Source: Octopus sinensis
Taxonomy: Eukaryota
DNA length: 64,000 bases
Reading direction: 5' to 3'
NCBI RefSeq assembly: GCF_006345805.1
Contig: NC_043000.1
Location: 30,938,001-31,002,000 of the forward strand
Shown: positions 11,305-23,938 of the stretch, in pieces
How positions within the stretch are numbered: position 1 is the first letter of the stretch
Layout: every line of letters begins with the position of its first letter
Notes under the pieces: generated by a model
What the model was told of the DNA's origin: nothing
The model's database searches: none
What the model saw: the letters and a program-made list of their open reading frames with translations, nothing else
Translations under genes and position numbers: made by a program

Positions 11305-11758
11305 GTACCACCTGACTGGCACCCGTGCCAGTAGTACGTTAAAAGCACCATCCGAGCGTGATCGTTGCCAGGGCCGCTGATTGGCTCCTGTGCTGGTGGC
11401 ACATAAAAAGCGCAATTGTTACCAGCATTACTTTACTGGCACTTGTACCGGTGGCATGTGAAAAACAACTTTCGTGCAAGATTGTTGCTAGTGCTGACTC
11501 CTATGCAGGTGGCACATAAAAAAAAACACCAATTGAGCATGGCCGTCACCAGTACAGCCTGACTGGTCCTCGTGCCGGTGGCACGTACAAGCACCCACTA
11601 CGCTCTCGGAGTGGTTGGCGTTAGGAAGGGCATCCAGCTATAGAAACCTTGCCAGATCAGATTGAGCCTGGTGCAGCCTTCTGGCTCGCCAGTCCTCAGT
11701 CAAACCGTCCAACCCATGCCAGTATGGAAAGCAGACGTTAAACGACGATGATGATGAT
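11305..11758 (+). mobile_element. RTE 3' UTR-derived short repeat
   Basis: Several GTGCC/GGCAC modules, conserved terminal ~150 nt, (GAT)n tail. Confidence 0.85.
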
Positions 11759-12289
11759 TATGTTAACTTTCCAGTAACTAATAGAAACATTAAATTTGTT
11801 AAATAGGAACTAATAAAAGTATACTTTGTAATTAACTATTATTATAAAACTTTGTTATGATGAAAGCTAAATTAAAACTCTTTAAAAGATAATATAACTA
11901 CAAAGTATTAACACGTACATATTTCTTCAAAGCACATGGTTCATCACTTCCAGAAATTAAATGATTATTTTAACTATAGATGACGTAGTACATAATTATT
12001 TCTTCCTCAATTGTCTCAAACAATATTGGTGTTGTAATAAGTAAATAATTTGAATCATGAAAAATCCAAATCTTTACGAATATTTCCAAAGTTGAAGACT
12101 AGATACTACCCCATATTTATTTAAAATTTCAAGTCTCCCACCCAAACAGCGATTAAAAGTTGTAACCAATTTACCATATCCTGTACCCTTGTTTTATTAA
12201 ATGTTTTAACAGTTTATATATTCTATGCAAAAATCTCTTAGCATTATTAATAATAAAAACTATTTCTGACTATTTGCCCTGTAAATACA

Positions 12290-12590
12290 TCATCATCATT
12301 TAAAGTCCATTGTCCATGCTGGCATGGGTTGGGTGGTTTGACCAGGGATGGTAAATTGAGTCCAGTCTGATTTGGCATGGTTTCTACGGCTGGATGCCCT
12401 TCTTAACACCAACCACTCTGAGAGTGCAATGGGTGCTTTTTACATGCCACCAGCACAGGTTCCAGTTGTGTGACCCAAATATCTGCCACGACTACAATTT
12501 CACTTGGCTTGATGGGTCTTCTACTCAAGCACAGCATATTGTCAAAGGGCTCGGCCTCGTGGGGCCCAACACTCGAAAGATGCTTTACAC
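12290..12590 (-). mobile_element. RTE 3' UTR-derived short repeat (diverged)
   Basis: catcatcatcatttaaagtccattgtccatgctggcatgggttgg... is the reverse complement of the family tail. Confidence 0.75.
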
Positions 12591-12711
12591 ATGGTTATTT
12601 CAATGTATATTTGTGACTTTGTAATGAAGAGACCTGCTCCTAATTCTTTTATCTCTTAACACTGATGTATTACATGTATTTATACTCGTGTCTGTGTGTT
12701 TTGTCTTGCAG

Positions 12712-12775
12712 TAAAGCTGCATCCCCTCCGAATGTGAAGAAACTGAAAAATGAAGATGAACATGATAAGCTGTAA
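12712..12775 (+). CDS. HCFC1: Host cell factor 1 terminal coding exon (second half of NLS, stop)
   Basis: ttgtcttgcag|T AAA GCT GCA TCC CCT CCG AAT GTG AAG AAA CTG AAA...CTG TAA; (I)KAASPPNVKKLKNEDEHDKL*; KRP...KKLK mirrors the HCF-1 C-terminal NLS. Confidence 0.85.
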
Positions 12776-13344
12776 ACTCAGCCTCTGCCTGATTAGCAGC
12801 TTTTTTACTTATCAGAAGAAATCTGGTCCTGGAATGTTGATCCAAAAACTATTGGACAGGACTGTCTGCTACAAGACTCTACATCTGTAGCTCAAACCAA
12901 TCCATAATTACAACTACAGACAAAAAAAAAAACAAAAAAAAGCAGATCCTCTTCCAGCAGCCCTCTTCCTCTTCTGCAATCTCTTCGTCATCTGTATTAT
13001 CATCAACACCACCACTGTCACCATTATCATCATCATCATTGTCATCGCCATAATCATCGTCATCATTCATTCATCTCATATCTGTCGTCTGTATTTTCAT
13101 GTCTTTTAAAAAAAAATACCGATGCAATCTTTGAAACAATGGCGGGGGAGGGGGGTTAGGGTGAAAATCGCCGCTAATTTTTACTTTTGGCTTTGAAGGA
13201 ATCTCACCTAAGTTCAACAGTTTTGTCCACCTCATAAGCATGTTAAGTTCTTCTCCCTCACCTTTTTCTCTCTCTGTATATTTTATCACTTTTCAGACAT
13301 TCAGATCCTTTTTTTTTTATTTATTTTTTTTAGCAAGTAACTAT

Positions 13345-13630
13345 TTGAATTATATATATATATGTGGTGTGTGTGTGTACAAATATATATATGTGTATAC
13401 ATACATATATGTATGTATATACATGTATATATATATGTATGTATGTATATGTATGTGTATGTATATGTATGTGTATATATGTGTATATATATGTATGTGT
13501 ATGTATGTATATGTATGTGTATATGTATGTATGTGTATATATGTGTATGTATATATATATGTATGTATACATATATATATGTATGTATATATATGTGTGT
13601 GTGTGTATGTGTATATATATATATATAATC
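13345..13630. repeat. Compound (TA)n/(TG)n/(TATG)n microsatellite in the probable HCFC1 3' UTR
   Basis: Directly visible. Confidence 0.95.
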
Positions 13631-13885
13631 ATATATAATTGTTATATATTCAATTTTTATTTGCCAATTTAAAAAAGAAATTATTTTTCTTTGAAAAACT
13701 GGAGGGGTGTCCCTCCTAATTGTATATAGTTGTATTTTTTTTCTTTTCCGTTCTTTTGTTGGGTAGTGGGTGAATGACATGCAATTTCAACAACTGAAAT
13801 GTCAATTCCTTCTCTAAAACTGTTTTATTTCTTTGAAACTATTACACTTCTTCCTCTTGATCAACCACTTTAACTAGAGACATAC

Positions 13886-13891
13886 AATAAA
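13886..13891 (+). promoter_or_regulatory. Candidate poly(A) signal for HCFC1 (another AATAAA at 14173-14178)
   Basis: AATAAA about 1.1 kb downstream of the HCFC1 stop; motif only, in AT-rich sequence. Confidence 0.3.
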
Positions 13892-14375
13892 ACTTTCTGT
13901 ATAGAACAGAAATGATGAAAAAATACTAACCCCTATGAATATACTGGCCCTTTTAGGGTGGGAAAAGGCGGGAGACCTACATACCCTTGTAATTGTATAT
14001 TTGCCCAACACCATTTCCATTTTCCCCCTTTTCTTGGAATCAACTATGTTGGACCATTGGACTAGTTAATTGACTATAATTACATCCATTACTCTACAAA
14101 CTTACATTTTTACCGTTTCTTAAAAGAAAAGTATTTCATAATAATATCACCTTAAAAGATTTCTGGAGATGGAATAAAAATTGTACTTAGAACATTTTTG
14201 TATTTCATACATTCATACAATGCATACACCTCTCTCTCTCTCCCCCCCCCCTTATTCATACATATGATTATGCGAAACCAGCCAAGATGTCTCTTCTCAT
14301 AAACCATTTTTCGCTAGTCGACTTGCCTTCTTCAACCTCTTCTTGCAATGCCATGTTACATCCTTCCATAATTTA

Positions 14376-14414
<39 letters not shown>

Positions 14415-15699
14415 TCCACAGTGTAAAACTCTCAACAAAAAAAAAAAACCTGCTTGCACTTCATTTTATTTATTTGTCTTAATGTTTTCTCTTAAATATA
14501 AAAAAACAAAAAATCAATTCCTTTCTCATATTTGTTTCTAGGATGTCTGTTGACTTTGGGGGTCAACGAATTAAGTCCCAGTTGAGCACTGGGGGTCAAT
14601 GTAATCAACTTGACCCCTACTGTGCCATCATTTCAGGCCTTGTGCTTGTAGATGAAAGGATTATCATTATTATTGTTGTTGGTGTTAGGGCAGTGAGCTG
14701 GCAGAATCACAAACGTGTCAGGCAAAATGCTTAACAGCATTACTTCTAACTCTTTACAGTCTAAACTTAAATGCCACTAAGGTCAATTTTGACTGTCACC
14801 CTTTCAGGTTTAGTAAAATAAAGTACCAGTTAAGCACTGGGGGTCAGTATAATCAACTTGACCCTTCTCCTAAAATTTGCTGGCCTTGTGCCAAAATTTG
14901 AAACCATCGTTATTATTATCACTGTCATTATTATTGTTTTAATCTGACTCTTCATCATAACTAAAATTTATCTCTAAGATTTAAAATAATGATATATGGA
15001 GAAGTAATGATTGATGACTACACACACACACACACATACATATATGTTGTTTGTTTGGTTTTTGTTTCCTCCCATACCTTAATTTTTAAACTCCTCATTC
15101 AACTTCCATATTTTACAATTCCCAACTCTGACCCCATTCCAAAATCATAACTATTCTAACATCATTTTATTGTTGCTGCGATCATCTTTATCATTCCCAC
15201 ACTTTACCACTGCTGCCCTCCTCCTCCTCCTATTATTACTACTACTACTACCACCCTTCCTCCACCTTTCATTATACTCATGACGCTCTATCTCCTCTTT
15301 TACAAGTCAACTAGTTGCATCTGACTGATTCTTCAAAAATCCTCCTTGAGAATCTAAACCCAACGACAAGCAACACTAAATGTCAGACAGGTTCTATTAT
15401 GCTTTCTTGTTTTTGTTTTTTCCCCCCTCTGATATAAAGTAGGGGCTGGCTGGCTGGCTAAGAAGAAATAGATAGCCCATGTAGTAATTGAAAGAACCAG
15501 ATGGACTACGTGGATTCAACTTTGCAAATTCATCACTTGTAAATAACGGCAGTTTTCATAAACCGTTCTATGGGGCAGTTAGTTATGTAATAATAAAATC
15601 TTATATTAAAAACAACAAAAGGCATACTTTTTTCTTTCTTTTTCGCATATTCTGAATCCATTTTTGTGTTGGTTTATTTTTATCAAAATAAAAGTTCAA

Positions 15700-16042
15700 A
15701 TGGAAATTTGTAGTTAAGACACCTGTGCCGGTGACACGTAAAAGCACCGTCCAAACATGGCAGAAGCCAGCGCTGCCTCGATTGACCTCCGTGCCAGTGG
15801 GACGTAAAAAGCACCAACCGATCGTGGCCGTTTGCCAGCCTGCTCTGACCCCTGTGCTGGTGGCACGTAAAACAACACCCACTACACTCACGGAGTGGTT
15901 GGCGTTAGGAAGGGCATCCAGCTGTAGAAACACTGCCAGATCAGACTGGAGCCTGGTGCAACCTCCATGGCTTACCAGACCCCGGTTGAACCGTCCAACC
16001 CATGCTAGCATGGAAAACGGACGTTAAATGATGATGATGATG
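15700..16042 (+). mobile_element. RTE 3' UTR-derived short repeat
   Basis: Three modules, terminal segment, (GAT)n tail. Confidence 0.85.
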
Positions 16043-16559
16043 AATTCTTTTTATGTACCTGTATGGCAACTTGGGCAGATGTTTTCTGCAGCCCCAGGGC
16101 TGACCAAAGCTACTTGACTGGATTTGATAGATAGAAACTGAAAGAGGCCTACACATATGTTATTGATTTCACATAGACAATGTTTGTTTTGTTTATTTGT
16201 TGCATTCACTGTGTAATAATGCTTAGGGAAATCTCCCTAATAATGCTGGATGTTAAAACACCCCAAAGTCATAGACCAGGTGAGGCAACTCACCACAGAT
16301 CAAACCAAGAGTGGTGGTGGCCAATATTTTGCCATTTTCATGGCTTATCAACACCACGAAAACTGGATCAGAACATATTTCAATGCCTGAAATGAAAGAA
16401 CTATTTGGTGTTGTACTACGGTGAGGCATAAGTGAAAACAAATTATAAATAAAAAAACAACAATACTGATTTTTAATAGCATATGCAGCAATATCTATTA
16501 TATGTGTATAAAAATAAAATATATTATGTATACTATATATGTATGTATATATATAATAT

Positions 16560-16790
16560 ATCATCATCATCATTTAATGTCTGTTTTCCATGCTAGCATG
16601 GGTTGGACAGTTCGGCCGGATCTGGGAAGCCAGGAGGCTGCACCAGGCTCCAGTCTGATCTGGCAGTGTTTCTACAGTTGGATGCCCTTCCTAACACCAA
16701 CCACTCCGTGAGTGTAGTGGGTGCTTTTTACATGCCACCGGCATGGAAGCCAGTCAAGGCGGCGCTGGCATCGGCCACGTACAGAATTTT
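16560..16790 (-). mobile_element. RTE 3' UTR-derived short repeat
   Basis: Reverse complement of the family terminus. Confidence 0.85.
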
Positions 16791-17464
16791 TTACTAGTTT
16801 CATTTTGTCTCTTTGTTTTCTCTCCATGTTGATATATATGGACAATTAAGGTGGTTTTAGAGTCAGATCATGGCTGCTATTTTCAGCATGGTGGTATCTC
16901 ATAGATACCCTAATTTATAATTTTAATAATTATTACCTTTGAAGGTTATTTTTTCCATGCTGACCACTTGATAAAATCGTTATTTTATTTTTAAATTAAC
17001 GATCTTCTCCATATATATATTTATATATATACCATATATATTTATATATATACTATATACCATACATATATATATATGAGAAACTTTGTCTTGGCTGAAA
17101 GTGTTGTGATCATACACTACACTGCTGAGTCTACGCTGACGGAGTTAGTCTGCTAGTTGTAGTTTATGTTGGTTCTTAAAATGTTGAGTATATTTTTGTA
17201 CAGTGTAGGACAAAATGTCATGAAGTATAAAAATGCTGTTAGTGCCAAAGCTGAAGCCACCATATATATTCACAGATACACAGTATGCAATCAGACCTTT
17301 GTGACTTTTGGCCCACCTTGTATAGGTGGACATTGGATTGATGATGTATATTTACAGGGATATTTGTACAGAAAATCTTAATAGGGGGAAATGGAAATAC
17401 GAGAAAGAGCTGAATCAATAATAACCAGCAATATAGTGGTTGCTTAGATAAAATGAAAATGTTC

Positions 17465-17470
17465 TTTATT
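17465..17470 (-). promoter_or_regulatory. Candidate poly(A) signal for NUDT5
   Basis: AATAAA on the minus strand about 60 nt past the stop codon. Confidence 0.4.
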
Positions 17471-17528
17471 TTTAACTTTTAGAAAAATATAATCATGTTT
17501 GGTAAAAAAAGAAAGATTATAAGAAATA

Positions 17529-17620
17529 TCAAACTATTTGTTTTTTCTTCTTGCACTGTTCCATTGCAATCGCATAACTGTAAACCTGAGAGTTGATAAC
17601 GTAACCAAGGGCAGCAAATT
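17529..17620 (-). CDS. NUDT5: NUDT5 terminal coding exon
   Basis: aatcttttccag|AA TTT GCT GCC...GTT TGA; (E)FAALGYVINSQVYSYAIAMEQCKKKKQIV*, similar to NUDT5 VDARVYSYALAL. The ten exons total 633 nt = 210 aa plus stop. Confidence 0.9.
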
Positions 17621-17924
17621 CTGGAAAAGATTAACACAACATGATTTTGTGTTGAGGATAAGCTACATTTTAAATTTTTAATTTTTGCACAAAGCCAACA
17701 ATTTTCGTACGAGGAGGGTTAGTTGATATCATTGACACCCCACCCTCTCCAGTACTTGACTGGTAGTTATTTTATTGAGCCTGAAAGGACAAAAGGTAAA
17801 GCTGACCTAGGTGGGATGTAAATCTAACATGTGCCGGAAAGAATGCCACCAAGAATTTTGTCTGAAATTACTAAAGGTTCGGTCACTTTGTTACCTTAAT
17901 AATAATTCTTTCTACTATAGGCAC

Positions 17925-19050
17925 ATCATCATCATCGTTTAACGTCCGCTTTCCATGCTAGCATGGGTTGGACGATTTTGACTGAGGGCTGACGAACCAG
18001 ATGGCTGCACCAGGTTCCAATCTTGATTTGACAGAGTTTCTACAGCTGGAAGTTCTGAAATTTTGTGGGAGGATGCTAATCAGTTATGACCCCTGTACTC
18101 AAACTGGTACTTAATCTATTGACCCTTAAAGGATGAAAGTCGACTTTGGCAGAATTTGATTTCATAATGTCATGATGAACAAAATGCTGCTAAGCTTTTT
18201 GTCCAGTGTACCAATGGTTCTGCTATAAAAACAATGATAACTGCTTTACACCATAGTACAAGGCCTGACATTTTGGGGGAGGGCAAATGTTGGCCCCGAC
18301 AGGATCTGAATTTAGTATAAAGCTAGAAAAAGTGCAGCTAAGCATTTTATCCAGTGTGCTAACAATTCTGCCAGCTCACCACACCATCATCATCTTCATT
18401 CAACATCAGTTTTCCATGCTGGCATGGGTTAGACAGGGGGAGCTGCACTGGGTTTCAATCTGATTTGGATATAGTTTCTACAGCTGGATACCCTTCCTAA
18501 TGTCCACCACTCCACAGTGTAGTGGGTGCTTTTTACATGCCAGTTACAGAACACCAGCATTGGCCACAGCTATGATCTCACTTCACTTGACAGGTCTTCT
18601 CAAGCACGGCATATTGGTGAAGGAATCAGTCACTCGTCACTACTTCCATAAAGCACAATGCTCAAAGGGTGCATTTTACATGCTACCAGCATAGGAGCCA
18701 GTTACAAGACACTGGCATTGGCCAGGTCTACAATTTCATTTGGCTTGATGGGCTTCTCAAGCACATATCACCACATCATCATCATCATCGTTTAACATCC
18801 GCTTTCCATGCTAGCATGGGTTGGACGGTTCGACCGGGGTCTGGGAAGCCAGGAGGCTGCACCAGACTCCAGTCTGATCTGGCAGTGTTTCTACAGCTGG
18901 ATGCCCTTCCTAACACCAACCTCTCCGTGAGTGTAGTGGGTGCTTTTTACGTGCCAGGGAAGGCTGGCAACGGCCACGAATGGTTGGTGCTTTTTACATG
19001 CCACCGGCATGGAAGCCAGTCAAGGCGGCGCTGGCATCGGCCACGTACAG
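17925..19050 (-). mobile_element. Cluster of three RTE 3' UTR-derived repeats (about 17925-18050, 18385-18770, 18775-19050)
   Basis: Each begins with (cat)n-tt(t/c)aac, the reverse-complemented tail. Confidence 0.75.
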
Positions 19051-19444
19051 AAGGTGGGAGGCCACAAATAATTGATTATGAATAAGGTCATTTATATTTT
19101 TCAATGGACTTTGATAACTTCTCAAAAATGCTAGACAGGGCTTACTAGAAAGTAATAGTGTGCTGGGAGCAGGGTCATTGTCAATCTATTTCTGTTTTGT
19201 ATAATTTAGTGACAGAAAAGTCTGGTTATGCCCTAGGGCTTTTGCAGGTTCTCTGAGAGGAAGACACACTATGCCTAGGGCCTTCACAGACAGATAACAT
19301 TTTGCGGTAGCAAGATTGTGCATAATGTTTAGTACTCCCATCAGAATGGTGAAGAACAGAAGAGATAATATCAGTAAAGACAGGAAGAGTGACATGTGAA
19401 AATGTGGTGGGTCTTGAGAAATGTAAAGAATTGAAATCTCTTAC

Positions 19445-19498
19445 CATTCAGTTGAACCAATAATTCACAAATAGGAACTTTTATTGTTTCTATGAATT
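19445..19498 (-). CDS. NUDT5: NUDT5 coding exon 9 (54 nt)
   Basis: tctcttttgtag|AA TTC ATA GAA...AAT G|gtaaga; (E)FIETIKVPICELLVQLN. Confidence 0.9.
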
Positions 19499-19794
19499 CT
19501 ACAAAAGAGAAAACAGCATTTTAAGAAGAATTTAAAATAAGCATTTTCATAAATCTGTTAAAGGGGCAAAACATAAACTACATGACCATCTAACAAGCCA
19601 ATGGAAGCACCATGATCATCCAAGAGGACAATAAAATCATTTTCTAGGGGTAGTTTGGAATTTAGCTTTGCAACCAAAGAGATCACAGTTCAAACTCAGC
19701 ACACAACTGGGAAAATGCCTTCAACTGTGGCCTTGTATTGATCAATGCCTCGTAATGAAATTTAGAAAAGGGAAATTTGGAGAAAGTTTCTCAT

Positions 19795-20175
19795 ATCATC
19801 ATCATTTAGCGTCCGCTTTCCGTGCTAGCATGGATTGGACGGTTCGACTGGGGTCTGGCAAACCAGAAGGCTGCACCAGACTCCAGTCTGATCTGGCAGA
19901 GTTTCTACAGCTGGATGCCCTTCCTAACGCCAACCACTCTGAGAGTGTAGTGGGTGCTTTTACATGCCACCGGCATGGGGGCCAGTCAGGCAGTACTGGC
20001 AATGACCTCGCTCAAATTTTTTTTTTTTTTACACATGCCAACGGCACAAGCGCCAGTAAGGCGAAGCTGGTAATGATCACACTCGAATGGTGTCTTTTAT
20101 GTGCTACTGGCACGGAAGCCAGTTAGCCGCTCTGTCAACGATCACGTTTGTGCCCGTCATCGAATTTCACTTTGA
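19795..20175 (-). mobile_element. RTE 3' UTR-derived short repeat
   Basis: Tail plus about four modules on the minus strand. Confidence 0.85.
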
Positions 20176-20196
20176 TTTTGATTATATATATATATA

Positions 20197-20595
20197 TACT
20201 CTTTTACTCTTTTACTTGTTTCAGTCATTTGACTGCAGCCATGCTGGAGCACCGCCTTTAGTCGAGCAAATCGACCCCTGGACTTATTCTTTGTAAGCCC
20301 AGTACTTATTCTATCGGTCTCTTTTGCCAAACCGCTAAGTGACGGGGATGTAAACACACCAGCATCGGTTGTCAAGCAATGCTAGGGGGACAAACACAGA
20401 TACACAAACACACACATATATATATATATATACATATATATGACAGGCTTCTTTCAGTTTCCGTCCACCAAATCCACTCACAAGGCATTGGTCGGCCCGG
20501 GGCTATAGCAGAAGACACTTGCCCAAGATGCCACGCAGTGGGACTGAACCCGGAACCATGTGGTTGGTAAGCAAGCTACTTACCACACAGCCACT
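20197..20595 (-). mobile_element. Composite tRNA-derived SINE (head agtggctgtgtggtaag...gggttcagtccc) with microsatellite-containing body
   Basis: Minus strand A-box tggctgtgtgg and B-box-like ggttcagtccc; related pieces at about 16045-16150, 20600-20830, 27050-27200, 44790-45080, 45560-45700, 56045-56180, 62570-62660, 62910-63010. Confidence 0.75.
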
Positions 20596-21221
20596 GAGGC
20601 TGTGCAGTTGAGAGGTTCAATTCCCAATCCCATAGCTTCATGCTCAGTTCCTATAAATGATACCCGTTGTCTACCTTAGCTTGACCAATGCCTTGTGAGT
20701 GGATTTGGAAGAAGGAAACTGAAAGAAGCTTGTTGCATATGTGTATGTGTGTGTGTCTTTGTCCCCTAGCACCACTTGACAGCTGGTGTAGGTGTGTGTA
20801 CATTCTCATAACTTAGCAGTTCAGCAAGAGAGACTGATAAGTTTTTTTGTGTGTTTGTTGACATTTACACTTTTCCCCAAATCCCTCAGCTATCTGCATT
20901 TTCAGATTCCTCTGGAATTAAATACTTGAAAACCATTGGCGATAGGAAGATTATCATCATCATCATCATCATCATCCATTTGGCCATAAAAATCCTGCAT
21001 CAATTACCTCCCTTGATAATATAGACTAGCATGTGGAACAAATGAATAAACATAATGTCACTAAAAGACTACATGGTCATGGCTGGATTTCTTGAGCTAT
21101 ATGTCTGCTTAATCAAAATTGAACAAGGAGAAACCATCTAAACAACAATAAAAATAGTGAAATAAATCAAAGAATTGATTGAAATCTTGAAATTATTGTG
21201 TAAATCATTTAATATACATAC

Positions 21222-21230
21222 CACATGGTT
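21222..21230 (-). CDS. NUDT5: NUDT5 coding exon 8, 9-nt micro-exon
   Basis: ccttttccttttttgtgatactattaccag|AACCATGTG|gtatgt; phase 1/1; gives PKPEL-EPC-EFIE and restores the three residues otherwise missing relative to vertebrate PKPKP-GDG-EFVE. Confidence 0.72.
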
Positions 21231-21487
21231 CTGGTAATAGTATCACAAAAAAGGAAAAGGAGCCAGCAGAGGTGTTATGAAAATGAAAACAAGAAATATT
21301 TCAGTCAATATATGAGAATTTGTGATTCTCAAAAGCAAAAAATTTACTGCTTAAAGAATATAATTGAATAAAGCAAAAAATATCAATGACATACACAGTC
21401 ATTCCTAATATTCTCTAACAGTATTTTGTCTACAGTGAAGAACACCTTATTTCTAATTTGTATAATTCCTCACATAAATACTAGACT

Positions 21488-21810
21488 TCATCATCATCAT
21501 CATCATTGTTTAACGTCCACTTTCCATGCTATCACGGGTTGGTTGGTTCGACCGGGGTGTGGGAAGCCAGGAGGCTGCACCAGGCCCAGTCTGATCTGGC
21601 AGTGTTTCTACAGCTGGATGCCCTTCCTAATGCCAACCACTCCGTGAGTGTAGTGGGTGCTTTTTACATGCCACCAACACAGGTACCAGCCAAGGTTGGT
21701 AGTGGCCACGATCGGTTGGTGCTTTTTACGTGCCACCGGCACAGAGGCCAGTCAAGGCGGTGCTGGCAACGGCCACATTTGGATGGTTCTTTTATGTGCC
21801 ACCAGCACGT
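21488..21810 (-). mobile_element. RTE 3' UTR-derived short repeat
   Basis: Family tail and three modules. Confidence 0.85.
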
Positions 21811-21814
21811 AAAA

Positions 21815-23650
21815 GTATTGGGCCATCAATACTTGGAGGCTGTCCTCATGGTGGCCAGTTTCAGTACCATTTTCAAAGGCTGGATTGTTGCAGTGTGCAG
21901 CGACATCTGTTTGGTGGTCAAGTAAATGGCCACCTCTTGGAATTGTTTAGCATTGCTCATTTGGTCCATCAACTCTTGTCCCTTTTGTATGTGCTAACTC
22001 TCAAGCCATTACTAAGGAAGTTGAATGATTTGAAGGGCATCCCATGCAAACTAGGATGCAGATGGTGCGTGTTCACTTATGTAGACGACATCACCATTGC
22101 AGTGTTGGGCAGCTTGGAAATCAAGACGATCAGCGCTACCTTAAGGGAGTACAAAATGGTGAGAAGAACAAAGATCAATGAGGACAAGTCGGTGAGCCTC
22201 CAGCTTGGCACCTGGAGAGACAGGTCTATGCCAACCAACAGTGTTGTAGGGCACTGGACAGAAGGACCAGTTAAATTGCTTGGGGTCTGCAGATGGACAA
22301 GAACTGGGGAGAGGTAATAAGCAATGTGGCCAGTCTCACCCAGAAATGGCAGAGAGGAAGCTATCCTTGAAGGGTTGGGCAAAGGTGGAAATGTGTATAT
22401 TGCTTCCGTCATCTACTACCACCTGACCATCCTCTATTGCCCTGCTTCAAGGTCGATCAAGTTGGAGTGCTTGTTCTTCCAGTTTGTGTGAGAGGGACGT
22501 GTTCTGCTCATCATACAGTCCATCTGCTGTCAATAGCCGCTGAGTGGAGAACTGAGCATGCCACAGCTAATGATGTGCAGACATACACTGCGGTTGCAAC
22601 ATCTCCAGCATTTTCTTATCAGTGAGTGGGTGTGATCGCTGTTTGTCAGACAGGATTTTCCGCAACTTGTCTTATTGTTGGAGCTACAGTCCTAGATCAA
22701 GTGTAGACCAAGAAAGGGTGCTTGGCACCTGGAGTGTCAGGAAGCACTCACAGCCCTCTGCCAGTTGGGTAATGAAGTTCCACAATGGATTTCTATAGGG
22801 GATTAGGGACATACAAGAGTGACGATGTGCTCGGGGAAACTTTGGCCAATGAATGGGATCTATTAGCTGGTGTTTTCTGGAGGACTTTCAGACCAGGGCC
22901 TATTGATAATTTCCAGAAATTCCTAGCCTGGCAGTGCTACCAGGGAGTTCTGCCAGTTCAAGACAAGCTCTACAGACACAAAAGTGCTGACCGAGATGTC
23001 ACAGAGTAGCGAAACCATCTAGCATGCACTCATCTAGTGTCCAGGCATGACTGACCTGTTAACTTTTGTCGAACAGCTACTGATGTGTGTAGGACAGATC
23101 CTGTTATCAGCCAAGTTCATCATGAAGATCGCCCCGCTACCTTCTTTTGGCCAGAAAAGAAAGGCAGTTTTCTTCTCTGTCTGGTGGCTTATAGTGAAGG
23201 AGGTAGTGTGGTGGACAAGACTGATGGACTGAAGACAGATACCTTCTTCTTTGGCCAATCCCTCATTGACTTTTTCAAGTTCCACTTGAAAAGGAAAGTG
23301 AGGGTGGAGAGAGAAGTGAATGTGGACAAGATGGCCCGTGTGAATGAGCCTACACAGAACATTCACTTGAAAACCAGAGAAGTTGAGAAGGGAAGAAGCA
23401 ACTGCTGAAGTACTCCTGACATTTGGGGTAACCAGGATGTGTGGGGCTCCTCAGTTGCCCGTGAGAGAAGCTACCCTGTTTTGGGGAATTTTTATTGTTT
23501 AATTTTATAGTTAATTGTTATTGTTATTTATTTTAAACATGATATTGTGCCAAACCCCACTTAACCCCTGCGATGTATTGTCCTTCTTTGGTTTGTGTTC
23601 AGCTCTTGTGACCAATAAAAAGAACATTATAATAATAATAATAATAATAG
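21815..23650 (+). mobile_element. L1/Tx1-like LINE, 5'-truncated and degenerate, antisense within a NUDT5 intron
   Basis: HQYLEAVLMVASFSTIFKGWI / QVNGHL...LLSLLYVLTLKPLLRKL...TYVDDITI...KINEDKS (RT); AWQCYQGVLPVQDKLYRH (zf-RVT-like); (AAT)n tail at about 23625-23650. Confidence 0.8.
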
Positions 23651-23892
23651 TTTCTGATTTAGGCACAAATCCAGTGATTTTGAGTGGAAGGATTTAGCTG
23701 AGAGCATTGACCCACAATACTTATTTTATTGGCCCTGAAATAATGAAAGGCAAAGGTGACTTTGTAAGGTTTGAACTCAGAGTGTAAAAGCCACAAGAAC
23801 TACTGCAAGGTATTTTCCCCAATAATAAAAACAATCAAGGGATGTAAAACAAACAACTTTGGATTAGTTTGGGATGAAATTAGTAAACTTAC

Positions 23893-23938
23893 CCAGCTCT
23901 GGCTTGGGTGATTGATTGCTGGGGTCATCTCCATCAAT
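23893..23938 (-). CDS. NUDT5: NUDT5 coding exon 7 (46 nt)
   Basis: ttttttccccccag|ATT GAT GGA GAT GAC...CTG G|gtaagt; IDGDDPSNQSPKPEL. Confidence 0.93.

Noticed and set aside
12841-13053. Ser-rich open frame in the HCFC1 3' UTR as a read-through extension
   Set aside because: It is in a different frame from the CDS, has upstream stops and no ATG, and is explained by (TCA)n low complexity.
13240-13780. Overlapping YI/HT/CV-rich ORFs (also 37681-38139 and 44155-44460)
   Set aside because: Translations of di- and tetranucleotide microsatellites.
16253-16400. Alternative NUDT5 last exon (ttcatttcag|GC ATT GAA...)
   Set aside because: Phase-compatible but with no similarity to NUDT5; the exon at 17529-17620 matches the family C-terminus.
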